From Octopus sinensis (lineage: Eukaryota), in assembly GCF_006345805.1 (NCBI RefSeq), contig NW_021824301.1, positions 1 to 19,203 on the forward strand: a DNA stretch of 19,203 nt, written 5' to 3'. Below are positions 11,850 through 19,152 of the stretch, in pieces; the stretch's first letter is position 1, and every line of letters begins with the position of its first letter. The notes under the pieces were generated by a model, which was given only the letters and a program-made list of their open reading frames with translations, was not told where the DNA came from and did no database searches. Made by a program: the position numbers and the translations under genes.

Positions 11850-12046
11850 CCACACGCCACCACAACCGACACCCTTTCCGCTGGGCAATGCCAATCTACA
11901 ATAATTACAATTAGTTAAAGGCCATTATACGTCAGGTAACGCATTAGCAAATATGTCTCCGCCGTTTCATTCTCTCTAACGCTTCGGCGCCATTTTGGCT
12001 GACGCGCTCTACACGTATTGGCGTAATCGTTCATACGAGGTAAGGT
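11850..12046 (+). promoter_or_regulatory. Candidate promoter / non-coding first exon
   Basis: A CpG-containing unique island between microsatellite blocks. It has CCAAT (11891-11895), CRE-like TACGTCA (11928-11934), YY1-type CGCCATTTT (11988-11996), and two adjacent donors GAG|GTAAGG (12040) and AAG|GTGAGG (12045). Motif-level evidence only. Confidence 0.4.
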
Positions 12047-12459
12047 GAGGTTCGTTGGCTGGTTTGTTCGATGGATGTGTTGCTCTCCTTGCTGTTACTG
12101 TTGCTGCTGTGCTTTATGTATTCATTTATTTATTTATTTGTTATTTTTTAAGTGGGGTTTCATTGGATATGAGTGAGTGAGTTGGTACGTGTGTGTGTGT
12201 GACGGGATCGTCGTGGTGGTGTTTTTTTTTGTCTTGTTATCGTGTGTGTTTAGCAAAGTATGTTATTTGGTGGTTCTGTCTGCGAGCAATAATTATAATT
12301 AATATGTACACTGTAGCCGCCATCATCGCCGCCAACAACGATTTGACAAAACTTAGGAAATTCCAAAATATCCGTCTCCCAGCGCCCAGACATATACTCA
12401 CACACTCACAAACACAAATAAAAAACATGCACAAACTTTATCGCGTTCACACGTATACA

Positions 12460-12585
12460 TGTGTGTGTGTGTAATATATATACATATGTATATATGTTAT
12501 AATGTATGTCTATATATATATATTGTATATATATATATATATTATATATATTATATATATATGTATATATATATATATATAGATG

Positions 12586-12616
<31 letters not shown>

Positions 12617-12667
12617 TATATATTGTATAATATATATATATATATATATATATACACATCTATCTAC

Positions 12668-12714
<47 letters not shown>

Positions 12715-12718
12715 ACTG

Positions 12719-12749
<31 letters not shown>

Positions 12750-13032
12750 TATATATATATACCAGATATATCTAGGTATTTATATACACAAATGCTTCAA
12801 CCGCCTCTGGTATTATGTTTATGTTGGGTGTTTATAAATGTGCCTGTCCGTCTGTTTGTCTATCTATCCTTCTAGCTATTCATCTTGCCTTGCACACACA
12901 TACACTCACACACACAGGCACACACACACTCATATATAAATAGATATGAACATGTATATATACACATACACATAATTAATGATAAAGATGGAATATATGT
13001 GAATATCTATGTATATGTATGCATTTGTATGT

Positions 13033-13076
<44 letters not shown>

Positions 13077-13135
13077 ATATACAAATATATTTAGAAAAGG
13101 TTCAAATCGGGCAGACTGCGATTAACACATACATA
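12460..13135. repeat. (TA)n/(TATC)n/(CA)n/(TG)n field
   Basis: Directly visible. Confidence 0.9.
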
Positions 13136-13442
13136 TACGGATTTAATTAAAATAAAATAAGACTTCAATTACATATTGATTATATTAGAAATATTTAAAA
13201 AAATAGAAATATAAAAGTATATGAATACTAAAAATATACATGCAGATATAGATATATAGATATGTAAACATAATAATAATAATAATAATAATGATAGAAT
13301 ATAGATAAAAATAATGAAATATTGAAAAATTACATTTTTAAAAAATTTTAAATATGATATAGAGTAAATAATAGGCATTAAAACGAGTTTTGGGTAACAC
13401 GTTAGAGGAAAGTAAGGTGTTCCAACGATCGTTTCAGGAGTA

Positions 13443-13443
<1 letters not shown>

Positions 13444-13502
<59 letters not shown>

Positions 13503-13509
13503 CATCATT

Positions 13510-13573
<64 letters not shown>

Positions 13574-13602
13574 TATTATTATATTATTATTATTATTATT
13601 AT
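13444..13602. repeat. (ATT)n-(ATC)n-(ATT)n array
   Basis: Directly visible. Confidence 0.95.
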
Positions 13603-13625
13603 GATTACATATCTATATATCTATA

Positions 13626-13924
13626 TTTTTTATTTATGCACCCTTTTCAAACCTAGCCAGGCTCATGGGCCCGGTTTCCCGGTTTCTCTGGCGTATGCGT
13701 TCCCCACAGCTGGACGGGAAGCCAGTCCATCGTACCGTTACTCAAGGAACAGGAAGAAAGAGTGAGAGAAAGATGGGCGAAATAGTACAACAGGGGTCAC
13801 CTCCAACCCCTGCCGGAGCCTCGTGGAACTTTCGCTCAATAAACTCACACGACGCCCGGTCTGGGAATCGAAATATTCCGACCGCGAGTCCGCTGCCCCA
13901 ACCACTGGGCCATTGTGCCTCCAC
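13626..13924 (-). mobile_element. tRNA-derived SINE, 3' tail type A
   Basis: Reverse complement starts gtggaggcacaatggcccagtggttggggcagcggactcgcgg. The tail contains gatggactggcttcccgtccag (resembles the V-SINE domain as recalled) and gaaaccgggaaaccgggccc, then an A-rich end. Confidence 0.8.
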
Positions 13925-14177
13925 ATATATCTATATGTCCATGTATATTTTTAGTAATCATATATTTTTATATTTTTATATTTCTAATGTATAAATATAT
14001 GTTTCAGATTGGACAAGTCTTGTTCTATCTTAACTAAACCCGTATATATATGTGTTAATCGACGTCTGCCTGATTTGAACCTTTTTCTATTATGTCTATT
14101 ATATTTGTCTAGCGCCTCGGGTTCGACTTGAGCACCTCTACGCTACCTATGTTTTTCGAAACAAAATTATGATTTTT

Positions 14178-14316
14178 ATATATATATATATATATTTATA
14201 TCTATCTATCTATCTATGTATCTACGCAAGTATGTATGTATGTATGTATGTATGTATGTATGTATGTATGTTATGATGTATGTATGTATGTATGCATGTA
14301 TATGTATGTATGCCTA

Positions 14317-14401
<85 letters not shown>

Positions 14402-14530
14402 ATATATAGATATATATATATATATCTATATATATATATATATATATAATATAATATATATATGCAAGGAAAGATGACTAGATAGATAGATAGATAGATA
14501 GATAGATTGATTGATTGACTGATTGACAGG
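14178..14530. repeat. (TA)n/(TATG)n/(TATC)n/(GATA)n field
   Basis: Directly visible. Confidence 0.95.
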
Positions 14531-14738
14531 TAGACTGAGAGAGATAGAGATTCATACTGTCTGACGAACGCTAGCGGACCGAAACTTTGAAGTCATAGTC
14601 ACCCTCTTCTTGTAATATTTTAATAAACATGTGGTTTACTAAAATGTATTGAGTAAATTTTGGATTTAATTTTAATTGTAAATTGTTTTATATCTAGCAC
14701 GACAAAACCAAACATATATATGCTCATTTCTTTTGCAG

Positions 14739-14785
14739 ACATGTGACAGCTACAGAAGTCCTTCAACTGATGAAGTTGAGCAGAC
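14739..14785 (+). other. Candidate 47-nt non-coding (5' UTR) micro-exon of the NOS gene
   Basis: Acceptor ctcatttcttttgcag ends at 14738 and donor GTGAGT is at 14786-14791. Both are near consensus, 47 nt apart, on the NOS strand and in non-repetitive sequence. Confidence 0.6.
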
Positions 14786-15025
14786 GTGAGTCCTTATTGT
14801 TATTTTTCTCTCCCTTAAAACCATACAAAATACAAATCGAATTTTACATCGCCAGCCCATTTCGCATTACCACCTATCTTTAACTAACAGCGAAGCTACA
14901 CCTCCACGTCACCTTACAACACAGCTCTACTTAACGTTTTATCCATCAGCTACTCAGTGACACGATGGCCTACGGATTGAGCGAATACAGCTCTCTGGCT
15001 TTCTGTATCTATCTCCAGGGATGTA

Positions 15026-15408
15026 GTGGAGGCGCAATGGCCCAGTGGTTAGGGCAGCGGACTCGCGGTCATAGGTTCGCGGTTTCGATTCCCAGACCGG
15101 GCGTTGTGAGTGTTTATTGAGTGAAAACACCTAAAAGCTCCACGAGGCTCCGGCAGGGGATGGTGGTGATCCCTGCTGTACTCTTTCACCACAACTTTCT
15201 CACTCTTACTTCCTGTTTCTGTTGTACCTGTACTTCAAAGGGCCGGCCTTGTCACTCTCTGTGTCACGCTGAATATCCCCGAAAACTACGTTAAGGGTAA
15301 CGTGTCTGTGGAGTGCTCAGCCACTTACACGTTAATTTCACGAGCAGGCTGTTCCGTTGATTCAGATCAACCGGAACCCTCATCGTCGTAACCGACGGAG
15401 TGCTTCCA
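15026..15408 (+). mobile_element. tRNA-derived SINE, full length, 3' tail type B
   Basis: Head gtggaggcgcaatggcccagtggttagggcagcggactc carries an A-box (TGGCCCAGTGG) and a B-box-like GGTTTCGATTCCC. 15026-15217 matches the elements at 13626-13924 and 5412-5725, and the 3' end matches the reverse complement of 19153-19203. Confidence 0.8.
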
Positions 15409-15729
15409 CCAGTGATGTATTGCGATCACCAGTAATGACCTATCGATCACGGTTCAATATTTATGGGCACAAATAGAATGTAATTGCTACAAGGCAGTTG
15501 ATTCTATCAGGCTGAGTAAAAAGTAAGCAATGTTTTGAACCATGAAGAATTTGTACCGGATTTTTGCAAAGTGCTGAATATTTTAAAACATTTTTTGCAA
15601 TTGTCTAATAATACAGAATTAGGCTCACCCAAATGCATCAATAAATTAACATTCTTCACCCTGGTGGCAAATAAATAAAATCATTATAATTGTTGTTGCT
15701 ACTGCTGCTGCTGTTGTTGTTGTTATCGA

Positions 15730-16126
15730 GGCGGCGAGCTGGCACAATCGTTAGCACGCCGGGCGAAATGCTTAGCAGTAGTTCGTCTGCCGCTACGTTC
15801 TGAGTTCGAATTCCGCCGAGGTCGACTTTGCCTTTCATCCTTTCGGGGTCGATAAATTAAGTACCAGTTACGCACTGGGGTCGATATAATCGACTTAATC
15901 CGTTTGTCTGTCCTTGTTTGTCCCCTCTGTGTTTAGCCCCTTGTGGGTAGTAAAGAAATAGGTATTTCGTCTGCTGCTACGTTCTGAGTTCGAATTCCGC
16001 CGAGGTCGACTTTGCCGTAACGCACTGGGGTCGATGTAATCGACTTAATCCGTTTGTCTGTCCTTGTTTGTCCCCACTATGTTTAGAGGGTAATAGCCCC
16101 TTGTGGGTAATAAAGAAATAGGTATT
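15730..16126 (+). mobile_element. tRNA-related SINE with a Meta-domain-like core, plus a tandem partial second unit
   Basis: Unit 1 (15730-15966) reads ggcgagctggcacaatcgttagcac...gactttgcctttcatcctttcggggtcgataaattaagtacc...gtaaagaaataggtatt. Unit 2 (15961-16126) repeats from ggtatttcgtctgc but lacks the tttcatcc...gtaccagt core. The Meta-domain assignment is from memory. Confidence 0.75.
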
Positions 16127-16368
16127 GTTGTTTTAAAGGATTTAAACCGTTTCCTCCCTCTCCCTTCCCGTCGCCTGCATCTTGTTTGTTCACATCTCAC
16201 GTTTGATGGCATTACAACACTTCCGTTACAGCCTTCTTCCCTTTTTCCTCATCCTCCTCCTGCTCCTCCTCCTCACCTTCCTTCATCTCAAGTTTCTTGG
16301 TCCCTTAGTACTCTCCACAACGTCTTTTCACGACGTTTAGGTCCTCGTTCTTTTTAAATTATCTTTCA

Positions 16369-16877
16369 CTAGCAGTATCGCCCGGCGTTGCTCGGATTTG
16401 TAAGGGAAATATAAGCATTTTTAGAGAGTTACTTCTCTTATAGATGCCAATTCGGGCTTTCTTAGCCATTTCTGTTTTTGTGTCTTCAAACCATGAAGTC
16501 CTTGTTCTAAAAGAATGCTGGTCTCCTTGACAACGCTTTACGACGTTAATTTCCTTACACTCCCTTCCCCACAGCTTCACGAGGGAGGGAAGAAGGGGGA
16601 GAAGCAAACAGGTGCTGGTGTGACCATGGACGCCAACTCCGCCGCCATCGACACACGAAAAATTATGCATTAAAATGGAATAAAAAATATGTGTTAAATT
16701 ATTTTTAAAATCGTAGGCTCATCGTAGACGCGTGCTAATACTCAGACGGGCTCGATATGAATCACGACTATAAGATACCCGAATTTGGTTAAACTGCACC
16801 GCAAAATGTGGGGAGGAGATTAGAATCTAAATCGAAGGGGACAGACCCAACACAACTAGAGTTTTATATATATAAGA
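16369..16877 (-). mobile_element. Non-autonomous Helitron-like element (509 bp), same family as 4828-5124 with an extra internal segment
   Basis: On the minus strand it begins A^TC at 16877 and ends CTAG^T at 16369. It has the same hairpin (cccggcgttgctcgg, 16381-16395) and shared blocks such as gggctcgatatgaatcacgactataagatacc and ttggttaaactgcaccg. Confidence 0.8.
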
Positions 16878-16904
16878 TTTCATGACGTTGATTATCACAT
16901 CTAC

Positions 16905-17035
16905 ACCCGTTCTTTCTTTCTTGTACTCTTTTTTTTCCTTTTTTCACTCATTCACTCATTCTCTTTTTCCTTCCTTCCTTCCTTCATTCGTTCGTTCGTT
17001 CTTTCATTATTTTCTTTCTTTCTTTTCAGGTATGT
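16905..17035 (+). other. Long polypyrimidine tract with 3' splice acceptor (AG 17028-17029) immediately followed by a donor-like GTATGT
   Basis: A ~120-nt C/T-rich tract ends ttttctttctttcttttcag|GTATGTAA, about 400 nt upstream of the NOS ATG. Confidence 0.6.
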
Positions 17036-17084
17036 AACCGGTGGAAAAAGGTAGCCGGATGTTGATTATACGACGAAGAAAAAA

Positions 17085-17265
17085 ACACGCGCACACACAC
17101 GCACACACATACACTTCCAAGAGTACTGACAAAATAATATAATATTATATATATATACACATATATATATATATATACATATTTATATTTTCTTCATATA
17201 TATATATATACGTTCCTGTATGTCACAAAATATCAAAATTCCCATAAAATTTTGTTTTTTAAACG

Positions 17266-17318
<53 letters not shown>
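17085..17318. repeat. (CA)n, (TA)n and (AAT)17 repeats just upstream of the NOS ATG
   Basis: Directly visible; (AAT)17 at 17268-17318. Confidence 0.9.
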
Positions 17319-17430
17319 TTGAAGCACCCGCTAACTTGGATGTTTAGAAGTTGTAAGGTGTAAAAGAAACAAGGAAAACCAAGCGATTCAACCTCCCATA
17401 TAGGCCTGAGAACAAAGACAGTTTTTTAAA

Positions 17431-18660
17431 ATGTCTTACATACCTAATACACTTTTAGTGAAAGTTAAAAAATCCCACGACCTGGGTCTCGGGTTCGCGG
17501 TTAACGAAAGACCTTCAAAACCCCATGTGATGATTAGCGAGGTCTTTCTTAATGGACCGGCCAAAGAAACTGGACAGATCTACGTCGGTGACTCAATTCT
17601 GCGAATCAATGATACTGACGTTAGTGACATGAATTTCGACCAAGTGGCCGACATTCTGAAGAACGTAGTCGTGGACGAAACCGTGACGTTATTTTTGAAA
17701 GGTCCTGAAGGCAGCATGACGCATTTAGAGACCATATTTCTGGATAATGGAACCCCTCGTACCATGCGAGTGACAAAACCGATCCCTAATGAATCGTTTG
17801 TCAACAGATTAAAGCGGACGTTCGGTCCATCTGTTCCGTCGGCAGTGAACCCTATTCGACGGTTTTATCACATGGACTCTGGAAAGACTAAGAAAAACAA
17901 TGCGTCCCCTAAAAAGGAACCGTTTTTTCCCAACGATAAAACATCGTCTCTGACGTCGTCGACGTCGTCCTCGTCAACGACCCCGAAAAGAAAGACACAG
18001 TCGTTTTCGGACGGCTCAGATATCATTCGAAACGGTTCGCTCCCTGTAGATTGTCCGGATCGTTCGGACGTGAACTGCCAGACGCGCAAGAATATTGTCA
18101 ACACTGCACCAAACCCCGCTAACGCCGTCAAAGAGACTGTCTTGGAAGATAGTAGAAACGGGTCTCCAAAGATCACTTTGACCGCTGTACAGAGTGTTCC
18201 TGGAGATCCGAATTCCACTAACTTACAGAACCAGATATCTGGAGATCGCGGTATCGGAGGCGGTGGTGGCGGTGGCGATGGTGGCGGTGGTGTTAGAGGT
18301 GTCCGTAGCGACGGTTATGGGGATTATGATGTGATAGTGATCAAACAGGAACAAAACCAGATCAAAGTGATAATGGCGAACGAAGACGGCGGCAGCGTGT
18401 CGGAAACGATAAGGGACGACAAGAGCAACACGAACGCGGTGATTGGGGACGAAAAGAAAACTGCCGCCGTGAACGACGTCGTCAACGGAACGCCAACTAA
18501 AAGCAGGTCTCGCAGCGGCAGCAGACACAACCTGTACTGCGAGAACACTGGTCGAGGGTCACCGGAACGCAGAGGGTCGAGCCCCGTGAAATACTGCAAA
18601 CTGAAGTGTTACCAAACTGAGAAAGTGACCACGGATATGTTGCACTTGAAAAGTGTTGAG
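17431..18660 (+). CDS. NOS1: First coding exon (410 codons) of a PDZ-containing neuronal-type nitric oxide synthase; gene continues beyond the window
   Basis: Residues 6-117 align without gaps, at an offset of +8, to the mammalian nNOS N-terminus as I recall it: LGLGFAVNERPSKPHV vs GGLGFLVKERVSKPPV, GDSILRIN vs GDIILAVN, GPEGSMTHLETIFLDNGTPRTMRVTKP vs GPEGFTTHLETTFTGDGTPKTIRVTQP. The end, KLKCYQTEKVTTDMLHLKS, matches the NOS oxygenase N-terminus KVKNWETEVVLTDTLHLKS. The ATG is in an AAAATG context with an in-frame TGA upstream at 17407-17409. The exon ends GAG|GTAAGA (donor 18661, phase 0); the ORF-track extension to 18726 is intronic read-through. Confidence 0.93.
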
Positions 18661-18666
18661 GTAAGA
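18661..18666 (+). other. 5' splice donor ending the NOS PDZ exon
   Basis: GAG|GTAAGA lies exactly where NOS homology stops, followed by T-rich and GT-repeat intronic sequence. The expected next motif (zinc-binding CxxxxC-GSIM) is not seen in 18661-19203. Confidence 0.88.
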
Positions 18667-18843
18667 TTAATTTTTTATAAAAAACATTCTCTCTGTTTTT
18701 TTCTTTCTTTTCTATTTCATATATGAGTGTGTGTGAGAGTGCGAAGGTGTGTGGTGTGTGTGTTGTGTGTGTGCATGGGGGGAGGGGGTATGTGTGTGTG
18801 GAGGTAGTACACGAGGGTGTGTATATACGTGTGTGTGCATGTT

Positions 18844-19066
18844 AGCTGGCAGAAACGGTAGCACGCCGGGCGAAATGCTTAGCGGTATTTTGTCTGCCGC
18901 TGCGTTCTGAGTTCAAATTCCGCCGAGGTTGACTTTGCCTTTCATCCTTTCGGGGTCGATTTAATAAGTACCATTTATGCACTGGGGTCGATATAATCGA
19001 CTTAATCCCTTTGTCTGTCCTTGTTTGTCCTCTCTGTGTGTAGCCCCTTGTGGGTAGTAAAGAAAT
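18844..19066 (+). mobile_element. SINE of the same family as 15730-15966, in the intron after the PDZ exon
   Basis: Near-identical to 15736-15960: agctggcagaaacggtagcacgccgggcgaaatgcttagc...gactttgcctttcatcctttcggggtcgat...agccccttgtgggtagtaaagaaata. Confidence 0.8.
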
Positions 19067-19152
19067 AAAATAGATAGACAGACAAGCAGAAAGACAGACA
19101 GATAGAGAGATGGATAGATGGATAGTAGAGACATAGATAGACTATACATATA

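Noticed and set aside
13990-14050. Possible acceptor atgtttcag at ~14008
   Set aside because: No matching consensus donor nearby, and the pyrimidine tract is interrupted by TA repeats.
15026-15100. tRNA gene (also 5650-5725 and 13850-13924)
   Set aside because: A and B boxes are present, but the sequence continues into SINE body shared among copies, and no complete cloverleaf or T-run terminator is evident.
17580-18599. Minus-strand ORFs overlapping the NOS exon as a possible antisense NOS regulator (as with the Lymnaea antiNOS transcript)
   Set aside because: They are shadow ORFs of a GC-richer coding exon; nothing in the sequence indicates an antisense promoter or an inverted NOS duplicate.
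18661-18726. C-terminal extension VRLIFYKKHSLCFFLSFLFHI of the 431-aa ORF
   Set aside because: Begins at a consensus GT donor where NOS homology ends; intronic read-through.
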